This document shows positions 38,101-46,485 of a stretch of DNA of 64,000 bases, piece after piece. The notes under the pieces are model-generated. The model worked only from the letters and a program-made list of their open reading frames with translations, had not been told where the DNA came from and did not search any database. The translations under genes and the position numbers were made by a program. Positions within the stretch are counted from its first letter, which is position 1, and every line of letters begins with the position of its first letter. The DNA is from Bacteroidota bacterium (lineage in GTDB: Bacteria > Bacteroidota > Ignavibacteria > Palsa-1295): NCBI GenBank assembly GCA_021324685.1, contig JAJPIQ010000044.1, positions 17,066 through 81,065 of the forward strand. The letters are read 5' to 3'.

Positions 38101-38401
38101 CCGGGAGTTTATGGATGCGGTCATACACCGGTGCGGAATGGATCGCGAGTGCCCGCTCGTCCATCATGCTGCCCGGCTGAAAGGCGTTCGAATAGAGGTG
38201 GAAATAAACTTCGCGGAGCGTGTCGGGAGAGTGATTCGCGTAAACGACCGAAAGGGTCCCGTCGAGGGTATGGATGGAATCGATGAGCGTTACGCGAATA
38301 TCATACGTAACGTGCTGCTGCCAATACGCACGAGCGGATTGTTGAAAAGCAAAAAAAGATAACGCAGAAAGGACAAGACTGCGCAGCGCAAGGCGAACCA
38401 T
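35171..38401 (-). CDS. M1 aminopeptidase fused to a C-terminal Omp85-like beta-barrel (paralog 1)
   Basis: Signal peptide, AQWYP, GGMEYP, HEVGH...MDEG; C-terminal VRGY, FADAG, TDAGV and terminal Phe. Confidence 0.85.
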   Translation of the reverse strand: MVRLALRSLVLSALSFFAFQQSARAYWQQHVTYDIRVTLIDSIHTLDGTLSVVYANHSPDTLREVYFHLYSNAFQPGSMMDERALAIHSAPVYDRIHKLPESEWGKYWIHVIACDGTASRFEITGTIMRVTLPNALAPGDSVTIAFPFREQIPRQIRRSGWMSAEHVQYSMAQWYPKIAEYDADGWQTQEYVSREFYGVWGDFRVEITLPSRFTVGATGECLNPKEVGHGYDQIAAGATDGIALPNAGTPGLTTWKFHASPVHDFAWVADDDYIHEWMTWNDSASTSGAPVTIHAFYKHWAQPYWEKNALAYSLFSLSTYSHHFGPYAYRNFSCTMAGDGGMEYPQLIMITGYRPNPLSLAGVIAHEVGHQWFYGMLGSNETREAFMDEGFTTYVTTMCMNALFGDRQEYPGQEHSWLDWFIPKFSNKRDNYRGYQEIASQGYEEPLDIPHDWFREDATAGQVYGKTAAILNMLEYTLGDSTFAAGMKEYYNEWHFKHPHLTDFKRVMEKVSHTSLDWFFDEWFKTTRTVDYEAVSVSSIETAADTPDRWWNQITLRNNGLAVMPIDLLLHYEDGTTEAATIPLAVNKNGAYRKSPPIIDTRGINVNPYRYLPEWDWTAPDYKGILLTPKRISWFEIDTSWRLQDLNWLNNYSARAGLWMPPGAWAVWKQLNVFAPIDEYYSILRPIVSYDQFSKMNVGLGTKFGMNNSFSGDAKILYKFQPGYRVLTDSMGITIHPQEPWYDDLDGALTYSTPIDWLGRLGSVNFDAEKMYGIATLHAAIAKTFRPEYWRLGATHSGSLFIEDQRLLSVDDYPIWHPHWGFFDPTLDYIPKNERTIGDHTTVAGFTYALTNEREVTHLEVRGETSVLASDPGFSRLQATFRTEFPIIGTHGNFRFAAGTATENTPYQRRFWLARADNYEEQSSGFYRAVSSMDATADEHSSLFVPGGAGVRGYNAGNDAESIFGTQMAGASFDLDVPNPIAGWWSFFASLRPALFADAGWAGNDWYDSPRAVRTDAGVELAVELLSWLPHQLRGVAEEYDPIPAVAFYFPFYENHPVDGTKNVAFRWALSIGADF

Positions 38402-38407
38402 ACCCTG

Positions 38408-38415
38408 CAAAAATA
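38408..38415 (-). promoter_or_regulatory. Bacteroidota-type -7 promoter element (TAnnTTTG)
   Basis: cgTATTTTTG on the minus strand, 6 nt before ATG 38401. Confidence 0.55.
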
Positions 38416-38452
38416 CGCAAGGACGGCAGCGGATTGGGAAAACGATTAAAAC

Positions 38453-39652
38453 TTAGGCTGCAACGGCCTCGGTTTCAGCAGGAATTTCAATCTCGGCCAT
38501 GAACTTCCGGATACGCTCAATCGCCTTTTCGATGTTTTCAATCGAATTTGCGTACGAAAAGCGGACGTATCCCTGTCCGTATTTGCCGAACGTATGACCC
38601 GAAAGGCAGGCTACCCCGGCTTCATTCAGAATTCGGCTGGCGAGCGTTTTAGAATCGATGCCCGTGGCCTGCACGTTCGGGAAGACATAAAAAGCTCCCA
38701 ATGGTTTGTGGCATTTAAATCCAGGGATTGAATTCATACCGTCCACGATAAGGTCTCGGCGTCGCCGAAATTCCTCGACGACATCATCGACCCATTTCTG
38801 CGGACCGGTCAGCGCCTCGATCCCGGCGACCTGAATAAAGCTTGCAGTACAACTCGCGACGTTTGTCTGTAATTTCGCAACGATCTCGGCCAACTCTTTC
38901 GGCATGATCCCAAAGCCTAATCGCCAGCCCGTCATGGCGTATGTTTTTGAAAAGCCATCGAGGATGATCGTCCGGTCGATCATGCCGGGATAGCTGGCGA
39001 TCGTGTAATTCTTAAATCCGTCGTAGGTAATGCGGCCGTAAATTTCATCGGCGAGCACCCAGAGATCGTGCTTGACGGCCAGCTCCGCAATTTGCTTTAG
39101 ATCGTCCTGGGTTAAAATTCCACCCGTCGGATTTTGCGGCGAATTAATAATGAGCATCTTGGTCTTCGGGGTAATGCGGCCTCGAAGATCGTCGATGGAA
39201 AACGCAAAGCCCGTTTCTTCGGTCAGTGGAAGCGCAACAGGGGTCCCTCCGGCCAGTTCGATCGCGCTTTCATAGATTGGGAACCCTGGATTCGGGTAGA
39301 TGACCTCGTCGCCAGGATTGACGATTGCCATGATCGCGTAATACATGATCGGCTTCGCACCGGGAGTCACCACGACCATTTCCGGCTTGAACTCGAGGCC
39401 TCGGCGAGCGCCCTCAACTTCCGCGATTGTTTTGCGGAATGGCATGAGGCCCGCCGCGGGACCATAATGAGTATAACCGGAGTCCAATGCCTGTTTGGCA
39501 GCCTCGATGATATTGGGAGCGGTATCGAAATCCGGCTCACCGATTTCAAGGTGAATAATATCACGGCCCTGCGCTTCCAACTCGCGGGCGCGTGCTAATA
39601 CAACGAATGAAGTTTCGGTCCCAAGGCGGTTAATACGATCGGCAATTTGCAT
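38453..39652 (-). CDS. PLP-dependent class I/II aminotransferase (aspartate aminotransferase-like)
   Basis: GEPDF, NSPQNPTG, DEIY, GFSKTYAMTGWRLG; start set at ATG 39652. Confidence 0.93.
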   Translation of the reverse strand: MQIADRINRLGTETSFVVLARARELEAQGRDIIHLEIGEPDFDTAPNIIEAAKQALDSGYTHYGPAAGLMPFRKTIAEVEGARRGLEFKPEMVVVTPGAKPIMYYAIMAIVNPGDEVIYPNPGFPIYESAIELAGGTPVALPLTEETGFAFSIDDLRGRITPKTKMLIINSPQNPTGGILTQDDLKQIAELAVKHDLWVLADEIYGRITYDGFKNYTIASYPGMIDRTIILDGFSKTYAMTGWRLGFGIMPKELAEIVAKLQTNVASCTASFIQVAGIEALTGPQKWVDDVVEEFRRRRDLIVDGMNSIPGFKCHKPLGAFYVFPNVQATGIDSKTLASRILNEAGVACLSGHTFGKYGQGYVRFSYANSIENIEKAIERIRKFMAEIEIPAETEAVAA

Positions 39653-39751
39653 GAAAAAGCGTAAAAAAATATGGATCGGAGGAATCCATAACATTCTTCG
39701 AGCGGCTTTTGTCTCAGCCGCAAAAAGAGATAGCCGTCGGAAGGAAAGACC

Positions 39752-41287
39752 TTATCGCGGGAGCGAGAGCGACGTGGTAGAGCCGTTGACCGTCCGCTCG
39801 ATGAGGGCAGGGCCGATCCCTTTCTCGAAATAAATATTGTATTGAGGGATATCCTGAGTATCGGCCACGCCATTAGCCATCGAGGTGAGATTTACAATGA
39901 TCACGTTCGAATACATCATCCCACCAACGAGGATTTGTTCATGCGCGAACTGGGAGGAACTCTTTGCCACATAGGTATATCCCTTCGGCAAGCCATTCTT
40001 TGTCGATTCGATAAAGCCTGCGGTCCACGTGGAATCACTGGAAAGCAAGGTAAGCGAACCGGGTTTGAAGGAGAGCGGACCGGAAATGACCTGATTGATC
40101 GGAACCCAGGTCGAGGCGTCCTGACGATAATAAATCGTGCCGCCCGAGACCGCATAGATCCCTTTGTTTACATCGTGCTGGCCGACATATGGGAACGCAA
40201 ATTGCGTTACGGTCGCAGCGGAATTCGGAGCGGGAAGCGTGACAGGATTTGGCGTACCAAAAACCGAAAAATGATCGACCGTCCCATCGTCTTCTGCAGC
40301 AAAAATACTGATTCCGGTAGAATAAAGAGAGGAATCGTTACCGGTTATGATCGCTGGTCCCGGATGGGAATAATCGAACACTCCAGCCGGAGTTGAAACG
40401 TAATGCTGAGCGATCGCGCCGACGCGACCCGGGACGGTATCGATCGGTTCGGCTAAGCCCGAATGATTAAGGTCGAAAATAATTCCGTTATCGCCGGCCA
40501 CGATCACATCCCCGTCGGATTGCGCTTCCAGCGCGGTGATCCTTGAAAGGGAAGATTGAAACATCGTTCCGGAGCCGATCGTTGTAAAACGGAATACCTG
40601 AGATCCGCATGCCACCCAAAAGATCGTACCGTCATAATGATCGTCGGTCGGGTCTGCTGAAGCAAACGCGGTTATTGCAGTTCCGGGAGGGGTGGAATAC
40701 GATTTCCAATGGGCGCCGCTGTCACTTGTCCAGAAGATCGAGTTACCACCGAACTGGACGGCATAGAGCCCGATACCACCAACGTTTTCTTGAAGCCGCA
40801 GGCCGGTGATCGGTAATGGATTAAGCCGCACGATACTTAACGTGCCTAAGTCGACGCGGTAAAGGATCGTGTCGGAAGCGGCATATAATTTCCCGTAGCT
40901 AAACGATTTGGGATTGACCGCCGCGATGGACCGGATCGTTTCTGAGTGGGCTGGCGGCAGTGCGGTATCTGCAACGACGTGAATGTCATTGCCAAGTTCC
41001 AGAAAATCGTTCGATGAAAATCCAGAAACGGAATAGGTCGAATTCGTCCGCTGGATCGTGAGATCGGTAGTGAAGTTGCTATCCTGGTCCGTGGCTTGAC
41101 CGCCTTTTTGAATTGCGAGCGTGTGCGTTCCTCGGACCGAGGAAATATAGGTGTAAGTCGCAGTACTATCAGCCCAGAAATAGGCACTGAGATCCTGGCC
41201 CGAAGGAGTTGTAGGTCCCTGGGGAGGCGCGGTCAGCGAACTGCAGCCGGCAAGCGCAATAAGCGATATGTAGATCAGTTTCTTCAC
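39752..41287 (-). CDS. Lipoprotein, probable beta-propeller
   Basis: Lipobox LIALAGC; BNR-like SDSGAHW; start overlaps the upstream stop codon. Confidence 0.75.
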   Translation of the reverse strand: MKKLIYISLIALAGCSSLTAPPQGPTTPSGQDLSAYFWADSTATYTYISSVRGTHTLAIQKGGQATDQDSNFTTDLTIQRTNSTYSVSGFSSNDFLELGNDIHVVADTALPPAHSETIRSIAAVNPKSFSYGKLYAASDTILYRVDLGTLSIVRLNPLPITGLRLQENVGGIGLYAVQFGGNSIFWTSDSGAHWKSYSTPPGTAITAFASADPTDDHYDGTIFWVACGSQVFRFTTIGSGTMFQSSLSRITALEAQSDGDVIVAGDNGIIFDLNHSGLAEPIDTVPGRVGAIAQHYVSTPAGVFDYSHPGPAIITGNDSSLYSTGISIFAAEDDGTVDHFSVFGTPNPVTLPAPNSAATVTQFAFPYVGQHDVNKGIYAVSGGTIYYRQDASTWVPINQVISGPLSFKPGSLTLLSSDSTWTAGFIESTKNGLPKGYTYVAKSSSQFAHEQILVGGMMYSNVIIVNLTSMANGVADTQDIPQYNIYFEKGIGPALIERTVNGSTTSLSLPR

Positions 41288-42594
41288 TACGGACGGTAAA
41301 CGAAATTAAGCTGGAATCCAATGGAACTCGTCCACATCGAAGGCTGCGTTGGATTTTCATAGATCGCATTTGGCGGTAATGCGTTCATTTGCGACGTTGT
41401 CAGGGACGTCACGGTATTTACCGCGTCGTACGTAAGTGTTGGCTGCAGCGAGAGCTGATCGAACAGCGCAATTTCTGTTCCGACGCTCATCATGCCGAGC
41501 AGGCTTGTGTTTTGTGACAGCAATGCAGCACCTCCATCCACGCTCACGATTAAAGGCAGCGATGGCGACAAGGCAAAAGTATAAGAGACTCCGACGGTTG
41601 TCCAGGGTGCCGCCTGAAGCACCGTGCTGGCTTCATATATTTTCAGATTTCCGAACAGCTTTACGAGCGCAGGGCTGACCTGTGCGAATTGACTATACCC
41701 TGTTTGCACTCGGAACGAATAACGATCGCCGAAATTAAATTCGAGCCCAAAAGTCTCATTCGTCTTCGAATTCATTTTTTGGGCACCGCGCACATTCAGC
41801 GTTGGAACATATCGCATTCCTTCGGAGACAAAGGCTCGTACCTGAACTCCTTCGCCGACGGACATCGGGATCGACGAAATCAGGCTGGGTTGTTCGACGG
41901 GAATGTTTTTAGCAGGTTGCGGCGATGGAAGCGGCTGAACAAGTGCAGTAATCGGTTTCTCCGCAATCACCGTTTGGTCATGGTTGTCTGCGATCGGTGA
42001 ACGGTCCGTTTCTACCGCTGCAGTTTCGGCTCTCTTCGCCACGCCGGCAGACCTCATTGCAGAGGGTGTACCGAATGCAACGTGAGCTACGCTCATTTCC
42101 TGATTAGAAACGATCGAACTTGAATTTGTGGCAGTGTTATGGAAAATATTGGTCTGCGAACTCGGGTTCAGGTCTTTGCTTACAAAAATTCCTGCCGTAA
42201 GAATGGCGACCGCGGATCCGATCGAGATCGCAGTCGATAACGACATGCGTGTGAAGAATGCAATGAACGGATTGGTGCTCGGTGTCAGCAGCGGTGCAGT
42301 TTCCGCCGTGCCGAGAAGGCCGGGCAGGAACGTCAGCATCCCGGGAATGCGATCGATAATTTGTCGTTTGACCTCGAGGGGCGCTTCGAATGGCGTCCGT
42401 GCGGAGGCGATAAGACGCGAAAGTCCGGCATGGCTATCGAAGAGGGCACTCTTTTCGGGACTTTCGGTAATTTCCGAAAGGAGCGAGCTCGACCCCTCGT
42501 CATCCAACGAGCCGTCGAAAAACGCAATAATGCGCTCTTCCAATCTTGACCGTTCTTCGTTTTGCATAGTCCCTTCTTGTAAAAACTCACTCAT
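41287..42594 (-). CDS. Putative anti-sigma factor with a TM helix, low-complexity linker and C-terminal outer-membrane beta-barrel
   Basis: ATGA-coupled to the ECF sigma gene; N-terminal IIAFFDGSLDDE, TM AISIGSAVAILTAGIFV, amphipathic strands ending IGFQLNFVYRP. Confidence 0.68.
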   Translation of the reverse strand: MSEFLQEGTMQNEERSRLEERIIAFFDGSLDDEGSSSLLSEITESPEKSALFDSHAGLSRLIASARTPFEAPLEVKRQIIDRIPGMLTFLPGLLGTAETAPLLTPSTNPFIAFFTRMSLSTAISIGSAVAILTAGIFVSKDLNPSSQTNIFHNTATNSSSIVSNQEMSVAHVAFGTPSAMRSAGVAKRAETAAVETDRSPIADNHDQTVIAEKPITALVQPLPSPQPAKNIPVEQPSLISSIPMSVGEGVQVRAFVSEGMRYVPTLNVRGAQKMNSKTNETFGLEFNFGDRYSFRVQTGYSQFAQVSPALVKLFGNLKIYEASTVLQAAPWTTVGVSYTFALSPSLPLIVSVDGGAALLSQNTSLLGMMSVGTEIALFDQLSLQPTLTYDAVNTVTSLTTSQMNALPPNAIYENPTQPSMWTSSIGFQLNFVYRP

Positions 42595-43352
42595 ATTCGG
42601 TTTCCTCCTTTGGACGGTTCGCCGGTCATGACTTCGTGCAAGTCCTCTCGTAAGAGCTGCTTGGCGCGATACACGCGCTGCCTGCATGCTGCGACGGTGA
42701 TCCCCAATTGCTCGGCGGTATCTTCATAACTAAATTCCTCGAGCTCGCGAAGAAGGAAGGGTTCCCTGAGTTCGATCGGCAGTTTCGCTACCGCATGTTC
42801 CAGCGACGTTCGCAGCGAATCCTGCTCGGTCCCAAAATCGGGTTGAAGTCGAGGATCGACCGAATCGATCCGCTCATCTAACTCGTCGTGCGGATGCCGT
42901 TTGTCATAGCGCAGCAGGTTAAGGCATGTATTTGTCGCAATCCGATAAAGCCAGGCTCGCCCGTTTGCGGAATCTGTGAAAAGATCTTTTCGGGTAAAGA
43001 CCTTTACGAACGTATCCTGGAATGCATCGTTTGCTTTTTCCGCATCTCGTGCGCACATGCGATAGCAGTGCGTATAAATTTCTTTTTGACGCCGTTCGAA
43101 AAGAACGTAAAATGCCGTCTCTTCACCGTCCTGAAAAAGATTGAGCAGCTGCGCGTCTTCGAGCTTCGCTAACTCTGCCTTTTTCTGTTTTATGGCTTCG
43201 AACGTCTTGCCGTTCGATGCGGTACTCGAATCCGCAGGCTCGAACGCATAACGAGCACCTTCGATCCGGATACGGTCTTCGGGGATGCCTCGGCGTCTTA
43301 AGCCCGGCGCCGGTAATGCGAAATCGTTCAAAGCAGGGGGTTTCTTTACCAT
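42591..43352 (-). CDS. ECF-type RNA polymerase sigma-70 factor with an N-terminal extension
   Basis: DAFQDTFVKVF, AWLYRIATNTCLN (region 2), LRELEEFSYEDTAEQLG...RVYRAK (region 4). Confidence 0.92.
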   Translation of the reverse strand: MVKKPPALNDFALPAPGLRRRGIPEDRIRIEGARYAFEPADSSTASNGKTFEAIKQKKAELAKLEDAQLLNLFQDGEETAFYVLFERRQKEIYTHCYRMCARDAEKANDAFQDTFVKVFTRKDLFTDSANGRAWLYRIATNTCLNLLRYDKRHPHDELDERIDSVDPRLQPDFGTEQDSLRTSLEHAVAKLPIELREPFLLRELEEFSYEDTAEQLGITVAACRQRVYRAKQLLREDLHEVMTGEPSKGGNRI

Positions 43353-43559
43353 GTAACCCACCAGCTAACGGTTTATAACATAATTAATTCTCATTAAATA
43401 AGGAATGTCGGATACGAAGCAGTGGGTGCAAACGGACATGAAATCAGTATTCTTAAAGCAAACTATATTTTTTTAAAAATTCCTGTTACAAACCATTCAC
43501 TCAAGGGTTTAATACCTGAAGAGGTTACTGTCCTCTCGAAAAAATTACTTATCCGTACT

Positions 43560-43901
43560 ATGAAGAACATCAAAACATTCGCGGTTTTAGCCTTTATCGC
43601 GCTGTTAGGCTTTGGCGTTGCGAGTTGCTTTAACCCAACCGGTCCCGGTACGGGTGGGGGCACTGGCGGTGGCACTGATTCCGTCCGTCATGGCAAGCGC
43701 CCAGTGGACACAACGCGTCATCATCATCCGATCGATACCTTGAATCGTGGGGGTCAGGATACGACAATTAAACCACCACCGCCACCTCCTCCTCCGCCAC
43801 CCCCACCACCGCCTCCCCAGGATACGGGTACCAATGGCGGCGGCGGTAACCCGACAGGCGGCCTTGATTCGACCGTACTCGATTCGTTACTCCACCATTA
43901 A
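43560..43901 (+). CDS. Small low-complexity lipoprotein with a 15-residue poly-proline tract
   Basis: Lipobox FGVASC; Gly-, His- and Pro-rich segments. Confidence 0.75.
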   Translation: MKNIKTFAVLAFIALLGFGVASCFNPTGPGTGGGTGGGTDSVRHGKRPVDTTRHHHPIDTLNRGGQDTTIKPPPPPPPPPPPPPPPQDTGTNGGGGNPTGGLDSTVLDSLLHH

Positions 43902-43950
43902 TAAAGTTACCCCTGCCTAAGCAGGGCAGGGAAAGCAAGCGAAGAACAAA

Positions 43951-43990
43951 GGAAGGGGCCTGGCATTACGACTGCCAGGTCCTTTTTATT
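43951..43990 (+). terminator. Intrinsic terminator
   Basis: aaggggcctggca-ttacgac-tgccaggtcctt followed by a T-run. Confidence 0.75.
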
Positions 43991-44017
43991 TTGCCAGCAG
44001 GTCCTTTTTATTTTGCC
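43976..44017. repeat. 20-bp direct repeat duplicating the terminator 3' arm
   Basis: caggtcctttttattttgcc at 43976-43995 and 43998-44017. Confidence 0.85.
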
Positions 44018-44100
44018 CGGATGTTCAGGAAACCGGTCTCCAAAATAATCGTTGAAACAATATTATAAGGAGTGCCCCGTCGTCTTTTTGTCATACCTGA

Positions 44101-45915
44101 ATGAAGCTGCTATATAATTATCTTAAACAATATAAGAAACTTGTCGTCCTGACGCTCGTGCTTGCGGCGGTCAATACGCTCTTTTCGCTCATCGATCCGC
44201 TTATTTTTCGGCATGTCCTCGATGATTACGTTACCAAATTAGGTAAGATCACCGGAAATGAATTTCTGAGCGGCGTTAGCGAGCTTGTGTTGCTGATGAT
44301 GGGCGCTGCGATGGTCTCCCGCATAGCAAAAAATTTCCAGGACTACTACACGAATGTCCTCACGCAGCGGCTCGGCGTTCAAATCTATTCGGAAGGGGTC
44401 GAGCACTCTCTCAAGCTGCCGTATCAGGTTTTCGAGGACCAACGATCTGGCGAGACGCTCGGAAAGCTCCAAAAAGTCCGTCAGGATACCGAGAAAGTGA
44501 TACAATCGTCCGTCGGATTTGTCTTCACGACGATCATTGGGGTCCTCTTCGTTATCGTTTATTCGTTTTACGTGCATTGGTCGATCGTGCCCGCTTATTT
44601 TTTCGGGATGGCAGTAATTGCGTGGATGAGTTGGGTACTGGGGCGTAAGATCAAGACCATTCAAAAAACGATTGTCGCCCAAACGACCGCCCTTGCCGGT
44701 TCGACCACCGAATCGCTTCGCAATATCGAGCTCGTAAAAAGTCTGGGGCTCGCGGAGCAGGAGATCCGGCGATTGAATGCGACGACCGATAAAATTCTGG
44801 AATTGGAACTTAAAAAAGTGAAGTTCGTGCGGCGGCTCAGCTTCCTTCAGGGAACCGTTGTGAATGCCCTTCGCAATGGTATCCTGTTCCTGATGATCTA
44901 TCTCATCTTTGTTCATGAGATCACCTTCGGGCAGTTCTTTGCGCTCTATATTTATTCCTTCTTTATTTTCAGTCCGCTGCAGGAAATTGGGAACATTATT
45001 AATATCTTCCGCGAAGCGGAAGCTTCCCTTACGATTTTCGATGAGATCCTGAAGTCGCCGATCGAACGCAAACCGGCGAACCCGTTGCCGCTGGGTGCCG
45101 TGCATTCGATCGCCTTCGAAGACGTTTCTTTTAAGCACCTGACGGCTTCGAACTATGCCCTGTCCAATGTTTCGTTTTATGTCCATCGTGGCGAGACGAT
45201 CGCCTTTGTCGGACCGTCCGGCGCCGGGAAGACGACACTTGTGAAATTGCTGGTCGGGCTGTATCCTCCTCAAACCGGACGGGTTATGTACAATAATGTA
45301 AGCGGCCTCGATATCGATGTGGACGAGCTTAGGGAACGGATCGGATTCGTAACGCAGGATACTCAGCTCTTTAGTGGGACCATTCGTGAAAACCTGCTTT
45401 TCGTCAATCCCAATGCGAGCGACGATGAATGCATGGACGTCCTCGAAAAAGCTTCGTGCCAATCGCTCCTTGCACGGGCTCCGCAAGGGCTCGATACGGT
45501 CATTGGTGAAGGTGGCGTGAAAGTTTCCGGCGGGGAAAAACAGCGACTTTCGATCGCGCGAGCCCTGCTTCGTCGGCCGCACCTGCTCGTTTTCGATGAA
45601 GCAACCTCCTCGCTCGACTCGCTCACGGAAGAAGAAATTACGTCGACGATCCGCGATGTCTCCGAAGATTCGAATCTAATTACCGTGCTTATCGCGCACC
45701 GACTTTCGACCATCATGCATGCGGATCGAATTTACGTGCTCGAACGCGGTCAGATCGTAGAATCGGGCCGCCATCATGACCTGCTTGAAATGAAGGGCCT
45801 CTACTACGCCATGTGGCGCCAGCAGATCGGGGAGCGGACGCACCATCATAAAGTCCCAGCCCTTTCCTCCGTGCTTTCGAATGGGAAGACCGTCGTGGCC
45901 GGGTCTGTTGTCTGA
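44101..45915 (+). CDS. ABC exporter, fused permease and ATPase (MsbA/MdlB-like)
   Basis: N-terminal TM domain, GPSGAGKT, VSGGEKQR, FDEATSSLD, AHRLST. Confidence 0.93.
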   Translation: MKLLYNYLKQYKKLVVLTLVLAAVNTLFSLIDPLIFRHVLDDYVTKLGKITGNEFLSGVSELVLLMMGAAMVSRIAKNFQDYYTNVLTQRLGVQIYSEGVEHSLKLPYQVFEDQRSGETLGKLQKVRQDTEKVIQSSVGFVFTTIIGVLFVIVYSFYVHWSIVPAYFFGMAVIAWMSWVLGRKIKTIQKTIVAQTTALAGSTTESLRNIELVKSLGLAEQEIRRLNATTDKILELELKKVKFVRRLSFLQGTVVNALRNGILFLMIYLIFVHEITFGQFFALYIYSFFIFSPLQEIGNIINIFREAEASLTIFDEILKSPIERKPANPLPLGAVHSIAFEDVSFKHLTASNYALSNVSFYVHRGETIAFVGPSGAGKTTLVKLLVGLYPPQTGRVMYNNVSGLDIDVDELRERIGFVTQDTQLFSGTIRENLLFVNPNASDDECMDVLEKASCQSLLARAPQGLDTVIGEGGVKVSGGEKQRLSIARALLRRPHLLVFDEATSSLDSLTEEEITSTIRDVSEDSNLITVLIAHRLSTIMHADRIYVLERGQIVESGRHHDLLEMKGLYYAMWRQQIGERTHHHKVPALSSVLSNGKTVVAGSVV

Positions 45916-45958
45916 ATGTCAGGATCCGATGGATCGGAAAGGATCCGGGCTCCGGAAA

Positions 45959-46002
45959 TAATAATCCTTCCCTCGGGAGTGGCCCCATGGGAAGGATTAT
46001 TA
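45959..46002. terminator. Inverted repeat between convergent genes (putative bidirectional terminator)
   Basis: taataatccttccc ... gggaaggattatta, 14-bp perfect arms. Confidence 0.6.
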
Positions 46003-46020
46003 GCGTTGCGTTCGTTAGCC

Positions 46021-46398
46021 TTATTTCGTTTTTCCTACGGTTGCCGTGCTTGAAATTTCCCATTTTCCGGTTGCCGCATTGAACTGGAAATCGTCCGGGT
46101 GCTGCTGGACCATCGCCCACGGAAAATCGCCGTGCATATAAAGCTGGTCCGGATTCGACCATCGCGGATCGCCCTGGAAATAAGGATGTGCTAGATTATA
46201 CGGGTCGCCCGGTGCCGCTCCGGTTACGCCGCTGACTTCTGCGCCGGCCGAAGAAACGGGAACTCCATTGACCGTTCCCATCGTATCGGTCGAAACGCTC
46301 GTCGTGGTACGATGACGTTTTTTCATGTGCTGTGCATGTGCGGACGGCGCAAGGACGAATAAAGAAAGAATTACTGCAAAAGCAATCGAGATTTTCAT
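46021..46398 (-). CDS. Hypothetical exported protein
   Basis: Signal peptide ending AHA; ATG start. Confidence 0.7.
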   Translation of the reverse strand: MKISIAFAVILSLFVLAPSAHAQHMKKRHRTTTSVSTDTMGTVNGVPVSSAGAEVSGVTGAAPGDPYNLAHPYFQGDPRWSNPDQLYMHGDFPWAMVQQHPDDFQFNAATGKWEISSTATVGKTK

Positions 46399-46485
46399 AT
46401 AGTCAAAAAAATTGTTAAACTAAAGAAAACCTTTACAAGGATGATGCCGAAGCAAGCTCGGCCATATCGGGCCGGCTGGTGCACA

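Noticed and set aside
44239..45582. 447-aa antisense ORF over the ABC exporter
   Set aside because: Shadow ORF opposite a well-supported gene; no recognisable motifs
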